IMG/VR virus record: IMGVR_UViG_3300009183_000115
Span: 1-55,192 of that record
Strand: one strand, 5' to 3'
DNA length: 55,192 nt
Source: a virus
Taxonomy: Duplodnaviria; Caudoviricetes
Shown here in pieces: positions 8,363 to 18,183 of this stretch; within the stretch, counting starts at the first letter, position 1; each line of letters opens with the position of its first letter. Below the pieces are notes generated by a model. It made no database searches, was not told where the DNA came from, and saw only the letters and a list, made by a program, of their open reading frames with translations. Made by a program: the position numbers and the translations under genes.

Positions 8363-10324
8363 TTATATTAAATCTGAATCTGGTTTAATGCGGTCTTCAT
8401 TAAGGAGTTGGCTTGGTTCGTCATACAGATTTACTCTTTTTTTCTTGAAAGCCTCTAGAGCACTTTTATTCTGCTGATAAGCAGCTGTTGTTCTAGTATA
8501 GTCTTCTTTAAGAGATAATGCGCTTCCTCCATGAAATTTATGTCTCAAACTGTTTCCAGCCTCGCCTGATTGTGGTTTTGACTTTAGGTCGTATGTACCC
8601 ATTCTATCTCTTCCTAATGGATCGTCTGCTGTATTAATCAACGATACCTTATTCTCCGGTCTTCCTGGAAGCTTGGTAGGTTCTGAAGGATTTTTCTCAT
8701 TATATCCTTGAGGAATGTTTTCACTTGAAAGAGGGGCTGTACCGTATCCACCATACATTGAAGCAATTTGATGTGGCGTACCATAGGCTTGACCTGATTC
8801 TGCTGGGTCATTTCCTTCTTCTTCTATTTGCTTCATTCTAAACATTCTCTTCTTATCCTCTACAACCAAGTCTCTATATTCGTCAAACTCCTCTTCTGAG
8901 AATTGAAACAATTTATCGTAAATCCAGTCAGTTGGTAAGAAGCTAGTCTCCATCATCTGTGCAGCTAGGTCCATTTTCTCTTTCATTAAAGCTACTCTCT
9001 CTTGCTCGTAAATAATAGAAGGAGTGGTTAATGTTAAGTCAAAGTTAGTTAACGACTCGTCATCATACCCGTGTGCATATAGGTGAACTAATGCAATTTT
9101 AGTCAATTCGCTGATAACTATACGTTGAATTCTTTCAATAGTACGTGCAAAGCGAATATCTTCTGCTGCTAGTGTAGCTTTACCTGTTAAATCCTTTTCG
9201 TATCCTAAGAAAGCCTTAGGGATTTTCAATGCAGCAAATAACTTGTTAAGAAGGTAGTTAATATCCTCAATACCGTTGTATTCCAAAGGCGGAGCGTTCT
9301 CTATTCTAGTTGATTGATCATTACCACGAACAGGGATGAAAAAATCTTCAAGCATGTTCTGTACGTTGTAATTCAAATTATATTGACCTGTCTTACCGTC
9401 AATAAGAGGAGTTTTTTTCATCTTATTGATCATTCTTTGCATATAATTCTCAACTTCTGCAGGAGGTATAGCACCTACGTTTACATAGAAGATTCTTCTT
9501 TGAGGTGCACGAGTTAATCTGTGAACCATCATCGCATCTTCCATCAACACATATTGCTTATATAATTTACGACCTGGTTCTAAGTAAGAACGGCCATAAG
9601 GTAGGTAATTAATGTCACCTATTAATCTAAGGTGAGCCATCTCGTAATTATAGAACGTAATACCCATATCTGTGTTCTGATATGAAGTAGAGTAACCGGC
9701 AGTAGCACCTAGTGCAGCTGTTGGATCATACTTAAAAATTACTTCTGATGGATTATTTGGGTTAGTACCTTCAAGTCTTACGATGTTGTAGGCTGAGAAT
9801 GGTATTACATTATAAACACCAAACTTTTCGGCTACTTCAAGCTTAAGAAAGAAATCGCCATACTTACACATATTTCTAATCCAAAACCAGAGGTTAAATT
9901 CAATGTTAAGTATGTCATAAAAGAGGCTGTAAAGTATCTTTTGAATGTTTTCATCTGCTGATCTAATTTGTATAACATCTCCTTGAGTATTTTTAAGTGT
10001 ACATTCGTCAGCAATAATATCTAATGCAGAGGCAATAATCGGATCTGTATCCATTGCTTCGTAATCTGCATAGATTTGAACACGAGCTGATTGATAATTC
10101 TGTGCTAAATTTAAATTAACACCATAAGAGGTAGAAGTCGTATAAATACGATTAAAACGATCGACAAGTGCGTTGGTTTGTAAAACACCGTCTACTTGAA
10201 TGTTGTCTACGTCTACTGTTCTTAACTCTCCACCGTCATTTCTAATGATAACATCAGTGGAAAACAACCTTTTAAGGGTTGAAAACAGATTTCTCTGCGG
10301 TTGTTGTTTTTGTTCTTCTGCCAT
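8363..10324 (-). CDS. Portal vertex protein, T4 gp20-like
   Basis: LMEDAMMVHRLTRAPQRRIFYVNVG, MLEDFFIPVRG, LFAALKIPK motifs. Confidence 0.95.
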   Translation of the reverse strand: MAEEQKQQPQRNLFSTLKRLFSTDVIIRNDGGELRTVDVDNIQVDGVLQTNALVDRFNRIYTTSTSYGVNLNLAQNYQSARVQIYADYEAMDTDPIIASALDIIADECTLKNTQGDVIQIRSADENIQKILYSLFYDILNIEFNLWFWIRNMCKYGDFFLKLEVAEKFGVYNVIPFSAYNIVRLEGTNPNNPSEVIFKYDPTAALGATAGYSTSYQNTDMGITFYNYEMAHLRLIGDINYLPYGRSYLEPGRKLYKQYVLMEDAMMVHRLTRAPQRRIFYVNVGAIPPAEVENYMQRMINKMKKTPLIDGKTGQYNLNYNVQNMLEDFFIPVRGNDQSTRIENAPPLEYNGIEDINYLLNKLFAALKIPKAFLGYEKDLTGKATLAAEDIRFARTIERIQRIVISELTKIALVHLYAHGYDDESLTNFDLTLTTPSIIYEQERVALMKEKMDLAAQMMETSFLPTDWIYDKLFQFSEEEFDEYRDLVVEDKKRMFRMKQIEEEGNDPAESGQAYGTPHQIASMYGGYGTAPLSSENIPQGYNEKNPSEPTKLPGRPENKVSLINTADDPLGRDRMGTYDLKSKPQSGEAGNSLRHKFHGGSALSLKEDYTRTTAAYQQNKSALEAFKKKRVNLYDEPSQLLNEDRIKPDSDLI

Positions 10325-10342
10325 ATCTAATAAATATCTTTG

Positions 10343-11947
10343 TTATAAAAGCCAAGTAAGATCATCCTGTCCATTAACCACTGGCATTTGCCATGGATTT
10401 TGTTGATTACTGTAATTTCCTCCGTTATATACTTCAAATCCTCCATCTCCTCCTGTTTTAGAGTAATTGTTAAGACTTGCATAAGTTAAATCCATAGCTG
10501 TTTGTCTAAATCGAATAGCTGTATCACGTAAGAATAATCCTATAAAGTAAGACATTACTAAATCGTCATTATACCCTTGCATTGCTTGTGCTCTTGCATC
10601 TCCATCCACTCTACCCTTCCATATAAATACTCTTAATTCATCTAATAGTCTCTGAGATCTAATTACTACACTTTTTTCGTGTATAAAAGATTTTGATTTA
10701 TCAATTACAAGAGGTCTAGTTTTTGAAGTTGTACCAAAACCCGGTACCATCCCATCCCCTCTATCGAATTTAGAAACGTATAAATCAATTTGAGTACCTA
10801 CTACATCTGACTTAGGTGAGTAGTATAAATTTGAATATCCTATCTCTACAATTGTCATCACTACATCCCATCCTATATTAGCATTCTCTACAACAAGTAG
10901 AGCATTGTTCCACTCTACAGCGCGTGCTACTAATTTGCGGGCAAATTCTTTAGTTGAAATTTGATCCTTATATTCAGCAACTTGAACCATAGTATCTACT
11001 TCCATGACATGATAAACGGAATAATCCGCACCATCACCTCTCGCCACGTCGGCCATTATCATATAAGTTTTCATAGGATCTGGATAATCCCATAGCCAAT
11101 ATGCTTGGTTCATGTCTGATCTTTCTTTTGGCTCTCTAACGGTATTTAATTGATACCAATTTAAAATTTCGGGTTCAATTACTGTATTACCTGAAGTACT
11201 GAAGTCACAATCGCACTCCTGTGCTGCTGCTCTTATACCTAAGTCTTTAGTTTGTTGATCACGCCACTCTTGATTTCTCTCAGGGTGAACGGTCCATGGT
11301 AGACTTATAGGAAGGAAGTTATTTTCTTCGTTTTGTGCTTTAACAAACTGTTTATGAAACCAGTTACCAACACCATTAGGTGTGGATAAAGCAATACAAC
11401 GACCTCCAGTTGCTAAGGTTTGTTGTGCAGCAGTAAAGATGTCTTCAATTCTATCAATGAACGCAGCCTCATCTATTACTAGTAATGATACCGCCTCTGA
11501 ACGTGCAGAGTCTGTAGCTGCCGATACGGCTTTAATTTGAGAACCGTTTTTAAGTCTTAAAGAAAGTCTATTATGTTCTAATACCGGTAGCTGCATCCAT
11601 GAAGGTAAGTTGTCGTAAGCAAATCTTACTTTGGTAACCATATTTTTGGCTGTAGCTTGAGTAGTTGCAAGTACAAGAATGTTTTTATCTTGTTCAAATA
11701 GCATCATCCATAAGGCAAAGGCAGAAGTTAAGGTAGAAATACCTAACTGTCTTGACTTGTTGATAATCGAATAGTCATGCCTTTGAAATAAATGTAGGAC
11801 TTTTTCCTGGAAAGGATATAGGTTGAAGGTCATTCTACCCTTGGTAGGGTGTTGAATGGTGTAGTACTTCTTCATGAAGTATGCAGGGTCCTGTTTACAT
11901 TTAATAAGCTCTTGCTTTATAGCATCGCTTATATTTACTTTGGACAT
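10343..11947 (-). CDS. Terminase large subunit, T4 gp17-like
   Basis: LYPFQ Q-motif, Walker A KSRQLGIST, Walker B LLVIDEAAF, STPNG, RNase H-like ADVARG ... DDLVMS. Confidence 0.95.
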   Translation of the reverse strand: MSKVNISDAIKQELIKCKQDPAYFMKKYYTIQHPTKGRMTFNLYPFQEKVLHLFQRHDYSIINKSRQLGISTLTSAFALWMMLFEQDKNILVLATTQATAKNMVTKVRFAYDNLPSWMQLPVLEHNRLSLRLKNGSQIKAVSAATDSARSEAVSLLVIDEAAFIDRIEDIFTAAQQTLATGGRCIALSTPNGVGNWFHKQFVKAQNEENNFLPISLPWTVHPERNQEWRDQQTKDLGIRAAAQECDCDFSTSGNTVIEPEILNWYQLNTVREPKERSDMNQAYWLWDYPDPMKTYMIMADVARGDGADYSVYHVMEVDTMVQVAEYKDQISTKEFARKLVARAVEWNNALLVVENANIGWDVVMTIVEIGYSNLYYSPKSDVVGTQIDLYVSKFDRGDGMVPGFGTTSKTRPLVIDKSKSFIHEKSVVIRSQRLLDELRVFIWKGRVDGDARAQAMQGYNDDLVMSYFIGLFLRDTAIRFRQTAMDLTYASLNNYSKTGGDGGFEVYNGGNYSNQQNPWQMPVVNGQDDLTWLL

Positions 11948-11967
11948 TGTTTTTTATTTATAACCAA

Positions 11968-12408
11968 CTAGATCGCCTCTTCTTCGCTATCGGTGTCTAA
12001 TGTGACATTCATAGCTTGATCTAAGTCGGCTCTTAGTTTCTTAATTTGCATTGGTATGTTACCAATTGCTTGTTTGTATTGATCTAAACCAATTACATCT
12101 CCTTTTAACTGCATCAACAATTTATCTTTTTGTGCTTCTAAGTCTTGTAATTGAGCTTGCTTTTTATGTATACCTGTTAAAGAAGCATCACCTTGTTTAA
12201 CGTCTTTTGCAGTTGGCTCTACGTCGAAATCTCCGTTGTCTGTACTTGCAGTAGTCCAATCCTATTGATCTTCTTCTTCACTTCCATCGTCAAACATTTC
12301 CTCATCATCGCCTACTGGCATAGTCAAGTTAGTATTGTCATCTTCTTCCATTGCAGACATTCTAGTTAAACTGTTTTCAACTAAGAATTTTTTAATATTG
12401 AATTCCAT
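11968..12408 (-). pseudogene. 147-codon reading frame interrupted by one in-frame TAG at codon 49 (12262-12264)
   Basis: Manual translation MEFNIKKFLVENSLTRMSAMEEDD...EEEDQ*DWTTASTDNGDFDVEPTAKDVKQGDASLTGIHKKQAQLQDLEAQKDKLL...EEEAI*; upstream TATTTAT motif at 12424. Confidence 0.65.
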
Positions 12409-12432
12409 ATTAGTAATTTACTAATAAATAGT

Positions 12433-12687
12433 TTAGTATTGAGGATCAAAGTACATCGCATCGGCAACAGGAATAGCTTTTTGCTGATTTATTAAGCTTT
12501 TCCACTCATTTTTAGAATATTTAATGCCAAATAAGTAATATTCCGGAGCTAATTTCTCTTCTTCTGCGTAAATTACTGCTGGGCCTATTGTAGAATGCAT
12601 TTTATTAGGCTTTCCTGTAACTTCAAGGTAACTTAACGTCTTTCCGCAGACAGTTTTCATTGTTTTTATTGTAGTATGTGTTCTCAT
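12433..12687 (-). CDS. Hypothetical protein with LHRxDGPA-like repeat unit
   Basis: MHSTIGPAVIY...EYYLFGIKY motif; preceded by host-type promoter. Confidence 0.6.
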   Translation of the reverse strand: MRTHTTIKTMKTVCGKTLSYLEVTGKPNKMHSTIGPAVIYAEEEKLAPEYYLFGIKYSKNEWKSLINQQKAIPVADAMYFDPQY

Positions 12688-12701
12688 AGTGTTATTTACT
12701 T

Positions 12702-12733
12702 GAAATATAAGTTAAATAATTCGAATTTCCAAA
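12702..12733 (-). promoter_or_regulatory. Bacteroidota-type primary sigma promoter
   Basis: Minus strand TTTG-N20-TATATTTC, resembling -33 TTTG / -7 TAnnTTTG. Confidence 0.6.
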
Positions 12734-12762
12734 AAAAACCCGGCTTTTTTAGGGCCGGGTTT
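12731..12762 (-). terminator. Rho-independent terminator
   Basis: AAACCCGGC-loop-GCCGGGTTT with T-run on minus strand. Confidence 0.85.
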
Positions 12763-12799
12763 AGGAGCTATAATACTGAGACTATAGCGGGGCATATTT

Positions 12800-13273
12800 T
12801 TATGATTCTGTTTCTTCTGCTGTTTCTTCTGCTGAAGTTGTTTCTCCGGGTGCTTCTTCTGGCTCTTCACCTGCTACCTTTTCGCTACCTTCTGCACCTT
12901 TGGTTTCAATTGGATTACCTACTGCAAGCAATCTAGCAATTGCATTTGTAGCTCTTTCTCTCTCACCTATCGTTTGTAAGTAAAATTTCTTACCTGCAAT
13001 AGAAGCTTCATAAGCTTTACCTAAGAAGGTAAGTGTGAAGAATTGGCCGTTATGTAAAATAATTTTAAAAGTAGTTGGTTTTGGAGCAATAATGTATATA
13101 CCTGTAACATAGTCTTTAAACGCTGGAGTCATTAGCATCTCCAAGGTCTTTTGTAAGGTTGGGTACTTAGTTAGCAAGAAGTTAATTGGGTCTTCATCGA
13201 AAGATTGTACGTTAGGCTCCATTGCTTCTACTTCTCTAAGTACTAATTTTTTTATAATGTCTTTGTTTGTCAT
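12800..13273 (-). CDS. Hypothetical protein (putative head-internal)
   Basis: 157 aa; N-terminus IIKKLVLRE, acidic tail. Confidence 0.6.
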   Translation of the reverse strand: MTNKDIIKKLVLREVEAMEPNVQSFDEDPINFLLTKYPTLQKTLEMLMTPAFKDYVTGIYIIAPKPTTFKIILHNGQFFTLTFLGKAYEASIAGKKFYLQTIGERERATNAIARLLAVGNPIETKGAEGSEKVAGEEPEEAPGETTSAEETAEETES

Positions 13274-13274
13274 A

Positions 13275-13871
13275 TTATGCTAATAGTGTATGGAATTCTT
13301 TAAAGTGCTTAATACGATCTTCTAAACCAATTGTACCGCCGTTAACTCTTTTAGTTACTTTAGTTACAACTGCATCAGTAGCTCCTTCATCAGCAATTTT
13401 ATGTAAGCCATTCTTGTGAAAAAACCATGCAGCAGATGCTAAAGGATACTTTGTAGCAACTAAGTCTGGATTAGCTACGCAATCTTCGTTAATAGCAGTA
13501 CTGAATGCTTTATAATTATCGTGTCCTGTTAATTGAATAAATCCTCTTCCGTGAAACTTCCAACCATCTCCTGTTGTTTTATCGCCATTTCCCATTCTGC
13601 TTGCATATACAATGTTAGCAATTTTTTCAGGCTTTCTTTCATACAAAGCAGCTGTTTCAGCGTTAAAGTATTTAGGAAATATACCTAATAATCCTTTTGC
13701 TCCGTAATTTAAATTCTCTTGAACCAATTTAAAACCGCCTGATTCATGTCCACATTGTGCGAGAAAATGAGCTAAACGAATCGGTGTATTAATTTCAAAT
13801 TTATCTTGAATACCAGGAATTTGTGCAATTACTGTGTCGGGGATATGTCCTTTTAATTTGTCTAGGTTCAT
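13275..13871 (-). CDS. Glycoside hydrolase family 19 endolysin
   Basis: FLAQCGHESGGF, ENLNY, GRGFIQLTG, VTKRVNGG motifs. Confidence 0.92.
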   Translation of the reverse strand: MNLDKLKGHIPDTVIAQIPGIQDKFEINTPIRLAHFLAQCGHESGGFKLVQENLNYGAKGLLGIFPKYFNAETAALYERKPEKIANIVYASRMGNGDKTTGDGWKFHGRGFIQLTGHDNYKAFSTAINEDCVANPDLVATKYPLASAAWFFHKNGLHKIADEGATDAVVTKVTKRVNGGTIGLEDRIKHFKEFHTLLA

Positions 13872-13874
13872 GAT

Positions 13875-14333
13875 TTATCTTTTAACGTTTTTCCACATTG
13901 CAGCAGCTGCAATTTTCTGTCCTTTTTCACCGCCGCCTGCTGCTTGAGCTATTTTCTCAAAACCTTTTCCTTTATGTCCAATATCTTTACCTGCTTTTGC
14001 TTTTTTAACTACAGCAGATTTTTTTGCCGTACTTAAACCAGCAGAAGGTTTAGATTCTTCCATACTATAGCCAGGTCCTGGTTGAGGCATTTCTGCAGTC
14101 TGTCCTGCCATATATTCAGCTACTGAATGTAAATAATCGGATGCCAAGGTAATGTAGGAAGACACCCAACCAGGTAAGTTGTCGTTATCACCTATCATGT
14201 TTTGAATCTTAGATGCGTTTGAAATAGCATCTTTAAGTTCACTATGAGCCATTGAGGCTTCATGATCATGTCCATGATTCCAATCACGTCCGCAATTTTC
14301 ACATTCCGGTAATAAATTTTTTAATTTAATCAT
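13875..14333 (-). CDS. Putative head-internal protein
   Basis: MIKLKNLLPE N-terminus; LPGWVSSYITLASDYL module plus Lys/Ala-rich basic module. Confidence 0.6.
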   Translation of the reverse strand: MIKLKNLLPECENCGRDWNHGHDHEASMAHSELKDAISNASKIQNMIGDNDNLPGWVSSYITLASDYLHSVAEYMAGQTAEMPQPGPGYSMEESKPSAGLSTAKKSAVVKKAKAGKDIGHKGKGFEKIAQAAGGGEKGQKIAAAAMWKNVKR

Positions 14334-14686
14334 TTTAATGCGTTTGTTATCTTGTCGTTTAATTTCTTTTCTACATCTCCTGGAAGAACGGTAATCTCAT
14401 CTGGGAAGTCATTTAAGTTAAACTTTATAAACTTATTATTTTCAACTTTGCCTACTATAGCAGTGTTAAAATGGCCGCCTGTTAGTTTAAATACTACTTC
14501 GAAAAAAGTACCGTCATAACCTGGATACTGATAGGCATAAATTCCTGCATCATTTACTATAAGCTTTAAAGCTCCTAACTCATTTTTAGGAATTTGAGCA
14601 AAGTATAACGTATCAGTTATTTTTTTAAATCTATAATTATCTTTAACTGCTTTATTAAATACCTCTATGTCTTTAGTACTAATCAT
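14330..14686 (-). CDS. Hypothetical protein
   Basis: 118-aa ORF with start/stop overlaps on both neighbours. Confidence 0.6.
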   Translation of the reverse strand: MISTKDIEVFNKAVKDNYRFKKITDTLYFAQIPKNELGALKLIVNDAGIYAYQYPGYDGTFFEVVFKLTGGHFNTAIVGKVENNKFIKFNLNDFPDEITVLPGDVEKKLNDKITNALK

Positions 14687-14874
14687 TAACAGTGGTAATT
14701 TAAATATCTTTGTAATGCTTTCGCATAATGTGTACCTTTATTTTTTAATTTACTCTTTGCAGATCTTACTCGACTGCATGAAAGTTTACCTAATCTATTT
14801 TTTAAGATACCAGGTTTAACTGGATCGTCAATTCCTTTTTTGATCTCTGTTACTATGTCAATTAAGCTTATCAT
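14686..14874 (-). CDS. Small basic putative head-internal protein
   Basis: Likely start MISLIDIVTE at 14874 (ATGA overlap with upstream stop). Confidence 0.6.
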   Translation of the reverse strand: MISLIDIVTEIKKGIDDPVKPGILKNRLGKLSCSRVRSAKSKLKNKGTHYAKALQRYLNYHC

Positions 14875-15263
14875 TTTGTCTTGCCCCAAGTTTTACCTTT
14901 TCCTTTTCTACTACATTGTGAAGGTGTTGGACGGCAGGAAGGATACTTTGCTCTCGTTTCACCTTCTTGTCTACCGCAAGGCTTACATTTTTTCTTACCG
15001 TCAACTTCACGACACGTATTACAATCTACCCATCCCTTTGCACTTCCTGTGCCTCCTTTTCTAGAAAACCATTTATGTAATGATTCCTTCTCTTCTACTA
15101 AATCCTCTTCTTTTAACCCTTTCCAAATCTCTCCTCTTCTACATCTTACAATTGCACCAGAGCGGTATGCAGAAGGTTTATCGTACTTACGACGTGCAAT
15201 TCTAAGACAACGATCGTCTTTTCCTTCTATTATTTCAAATAATATATCTATTAATTTTACCAT
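14871..15263 (-). CDS. Basic Cys-rich putative head-internal protein
   Basis: MVKLIDILFE N-terminus; PSAYRSG, LHKWF, WVDC, KYPSCRP motifs. Confidence 0.65.
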   Translation of the reverse strand: MVKLIDILFEIIEGKDDRCLRIARRKYDKPSAYRSGAIVRCRRGEIWKGLKEEDLVEEKESLHKWFSRKGGTGSAKGWVDCNTCREVDGKKKCKPCGRQEGETRAKYPSCRPTPSQCSRKGKGKTWGKTK

Positions 15264-15862
15264 GCTCTACAACTCCAATATCTTGCCTTATCTCTCGGAC
15301 CAGGATTACTACAGTTATGTCTAGCTCTAAAACTCTTCCTGCGTGCAGGAATTGATTTCTTTATTCTCATGTTAGGATCACCAAAGTTAACCTTTACAAC
15401 GTTTCCTTTAGCATTTTTAACATACACTGATCTTTTCTTTGGTCCGCCTGGAGTTAAAAATGGCTTGCCTAGAGATACTTTACGTCCGTGATATTCAGCT
15501 TCGTTTAGCTTATCGTAATTTTCCGTTATATACTCCGCTAAACACATTGGACAGTATTCATTTATTTCGTCTACTTCGTCTAATTTATTTCCCGCGGCTA
15601 CTGCTTTTTTATAAGCTTCTGAGCCTTTACGTGCTCCTTTTTCACCACGAGCTCTTTTAGCATTAATGTTTGCCCAAAGACCTTCTTCTACATCGGCACG
15701 TACTTGGTGAAACTCGTCGGCGCCATCGTAAGCCATAGTATGCATTTCGTTAGTTCTTCTGCTACAATGACTTTTACCTGTTAAAAAGGGTTTAGGACAT
15801 GATGTTCCTTTTACGTGAACATGTCCACATTTACCGCAGCATGTACCTTTTGCTTCAACCAT
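15257..15862 (-). CDS. Modular basic protein (C-terminal FGD...RRKSFRARHNC...ARYWSC domain)
   Basis: 201-aa ORF; C-terminal motif recalled as a conserved viral domain of unknown function. Confidence 0.65.
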   Translation of the reverse strand: MVEAKGTCCGKCGHVHVKGTSCPKPFLTGKSHCSRRTNEMHTMAYDGADEFHQVRADVEEGLWANINAKRARGEKGARKGSEAYKKAVAAGNKLDEVDEINEYCPMCLAEYITENYDKLNEAEYHGRKVSLGKPFLTPGGPKKRSVYVKNAKGNVVKVNFGDPNMRIKKSIPARRKSFRARHNCSNPGPRDKARYWSCRAW

Positions 15863-16233
15863 TACTTTAAGTTTATAAGTTTGTACTTAGTAGTTTGAAT
15901 TAATTTAACAACAGTATCTATCTCATTTTGAATGTAAGAGTCTTGTGGAATCTTAGTTCTAATAGTTTCTACGTACATTGCTAAAGCTTCGAAATAGTTT
16001 ATAAATTGTCCGTCTTCTTTAAAGGTAGCAGGTGAGGTATAGCCTCTTTGAATACCGTACTTACCTTGAAAACTCTCTACTAATCCATCGGCTAAATCAA
16101 CGATCTCATCGTAATAAGTTCCTAATGCTCTATGCGCTGCATCTGAACCAACTCCTTGAACTTGCCAGTGAAAAATGTGAGCTTGTGTTCTAGAAGCTAA
16201 TAGAGTTGATATTAATTGTATAAATTCGTTCAT
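15862..16233 (-). CDS. Ferritin/Dps-like four-helix protein
   Basis: HIFHWQV, AHRALGTYYD, DGLVESFQGKYG resemble the Dps-like H/HW/D/E pattern. Confidence 0.7.
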   Translation of the reverse strand: MNEFIQLISTLLASRTQAHIFHWQVQGVGSDAAHRALGTYYDEIVDLADGLVESFQGKYGIQRGYTSPATFKEDGQFINYFEALAMYVETIRTKIPQDSYIQNEIDTVVKLIQTTKYKLINLK

Positions 16234-16805
16234 TATTCTTCTTGTTTAGGTAATTCTTTTTTAGCAGCTTTTACAGCTTTATGTTTATCACGTAAACCTT
16301 TAATTACATTCATTTTTCTTTGAGCTAATTCATGATGCATATCAGCTTCTTCTGGTTTTTCAGAAGCTTCATTCATATGACCGTTAACTGCTTTTTGAAG
16401 TTTGTTAATATTTTTAACAATCTCGTCTAATACTCTATCTTTTTTCTTTTCTACTCCGCGTAAATGCTTATGAAGATCAGCGTGAGCTGCTTCTGCTACT
16501 AAATTAGCTTCGTTTTTATCTGCATATAGACCGTGTACACTGTTAGGATCGAATTGTCCTGTACCGAAAACATGCGTTTCGTGTACTAAATCTTCAATAG
16601 AAGACTGAGGTCCTGGTTTTAATACCACAAATACTTTACCTATTTTATCTTCACATCCCGGGTGATCCCATGATTGCATTTGAGGTTCTTGCTCTAAACT
16701 AGTAATATCCATTTGCGGGGCTTGGTTCATTACTGGAGCTTCTTGTGGCATCATATTCTCTTTAATGCTCTTTTTAGTCCCGACTTTCTTCTGAATTTGT
16801 GACAT
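16233..16805 (-). CDS. Hypothetical protein
   Basis: 190-aa ORF with TATTTAT motif at 16828, IKE site, C-terminal coiled coil. Confidence 0.6.
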   Translation of the reverse strand: MSQIQKKVGTKKSIKENMMPQEAPVMNQAPQMDITSLEQEPQMQSWDHPGCEDKIGKVFVVLKPGPQSSIEDLVHETHVFGTGQFDPNSVHGLYADKNEANLVAEAAHADLHKHLRGVEKKKDRVLDEIVKNINKLQKAVNGHMNEASEKPEEADMHHELAQRKMNVIKGLRDKHKAVKAAKKELPKQEE

Positions 16806-17394
16806 TTTTTTCTGTGTTTTCTCCTTTATAAATATCGCGTTTCTTTAGTTCAGCAATCTCCTCCTTTACCTGCTTATAGATGTCTTTCTTATCACCTCCG
16901 CTCCATTTCTCTACCTCACCTGCTTCTGAAACGAAGCTATCTTTTTCTGTAACCCATTGCTCTAGAGCTCGTTCTAAATCATCGAGTTCAGCATTTTTAT
17001 TAAGATTCATAATATTTGCACAATATTCATCCCACTTACCTTCGCGCTTTATCTCTGATTCCATTTTAATAACACAGTCAAAACACTTCTGATGAATAGC
17101 CCACATCTTCTTATTATATTCATCTACTTTCATTAATTTACCGCAATTCGGACAAGAAAAAGGTAGAATTACTAGTTTTTTAATTTCATCGAGCTTGGTA
17201 ACGGTTTGTTTGATGCCATTTTTAATGGTCCACTTTCTACCATTATCTTCCCAAATATCGCCTTCTTTATATGTTTGTGTATTCTTATCCCAACCCGCTT
17301 GGATTTGGGTTCTATCGCCAGTTTGGCCGGTAAGTATATTTCTCATCCGTTGTACATCACGAGGTACAAACTCTTTTTTTAACTCTCCACTCAT
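16774..17394 (-). CDS. Hypothetical zinc-finger protein
   Basis: CPNC ... CFDC pair. Confidence 0.6.
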   Translation of the reverse strand: MSGELKKEFVPRDVQRMRNILTGQTGDRTQIQAGWDKNTQTYKEGDIWEDNGRKWTIKNGIKQTVTKLDEIKKLVILPFSCPNCGKLMKVDEYNKKMWAIHQKCFDCVIKMESEIKREGKWDEYCANIMNLNKNAELDDLERALEQWVTEKDSFVSEAGEVEKWSGGDKKDIYKQVKEEIAELKKRDIYKGENTEKNVTNSEESRD

Positions 17395-17403
17395 AACAAT
17401 TTT

Positions 17404-18183
17404 TTATTTTTTTATAACTCTAAAAGCATCTCCCGTAGACATTAAACTGTAGTTTGAGGGAAGGTTTTTATTTAAATATGCTGCGTAAATATTACCTCGT
17501 CTTTTATCATCTGGTCCTCCAGTCTTTATTGGTCGAAAATAGATAGCGTTGGGTTTAGCTCTTTCGATAAAGTCTTTTGCAATTTCTACAACAGTAGACA
17601 TTACCTTTAACATCGCACCTTCGTTAGTGTCTAATTCAGGATGATTTACAGTATTAAAAGCTAGTTCATACATACCGTCTTCTAGATTAGCTACACCTAC
17701 TGCGTACTTATGTTTGTCTGTACTAAACAGATAAAAATAATTACCATCGCCATCTACTTCATCAAAATGCCAAGGAAAAGCTTTAGTACCTTCCCCTATT
17801 TCGTTTAAAGATTCCATTTGAGTTAAATCGTAAATAGCTACATTTCTTTTACCGTAATCTCTCATTAATATACCCGCCATAGCGTTAGCATCATTCTCTA
17901 TCTCTGTACCAGTATTACCTGCTTCATCGTAGATCATATCTAATTCATTCTGTCTGTGATGACATAATTCATGAGCAAGACTGCGGCAAATATCTGCTAA
18001 ATTTCTACCAGAAGAGAATACCTTTACGGTATTAGTTTGAGGATTATATTCGCCATAAGATCTGTTATGTTCAACAAAAGACCTATCTTTAATCAAAGAA
18101 ATTTTAGGTAGAGATTGAATATTTAATTCTCCTTTACAAAAAGCAATAAAGTCTTTTAATGTACTAAGCTTGTTTTGGTTCAT
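17404..18183 (-). CDS. Two-domain protein: HEXXH metallopeptidase-like domain plus unknown C-terminal domain
   Basis: LAHELCHHRQ ... ENDANAMAG; LNE linker. Confidence 0.7.
   Translation of the reverse strand: MNQNKLSTLKDFIAFCKGELNIQSLPKISLIKDRSFVEHNRSYGEYNPQTNTVKVFSSGRNLADICRSLAHELCHHRQNELDMIYDEAGNTGTEIENDANAMAGILMRDYGKRNVAIYDLTQMESLNEIGEGTKAFPWHFDEVDGDGNYFYLFSTDKHKYAVGVANLEDGMYELAFNTVNHPELDTNEGAMLKVMSTVVEIAKDFIERAKPNAIYFRPIKTGGPDDKRRGNIYAAYLNKNLPSNYSLMSTGDAFRVIKK

Noticed and set aside
10343-11947. Intein or intron in terminase, portal or primase
   Set aside because: Lengths are ordinary and no splice motifs or interruptions were seen
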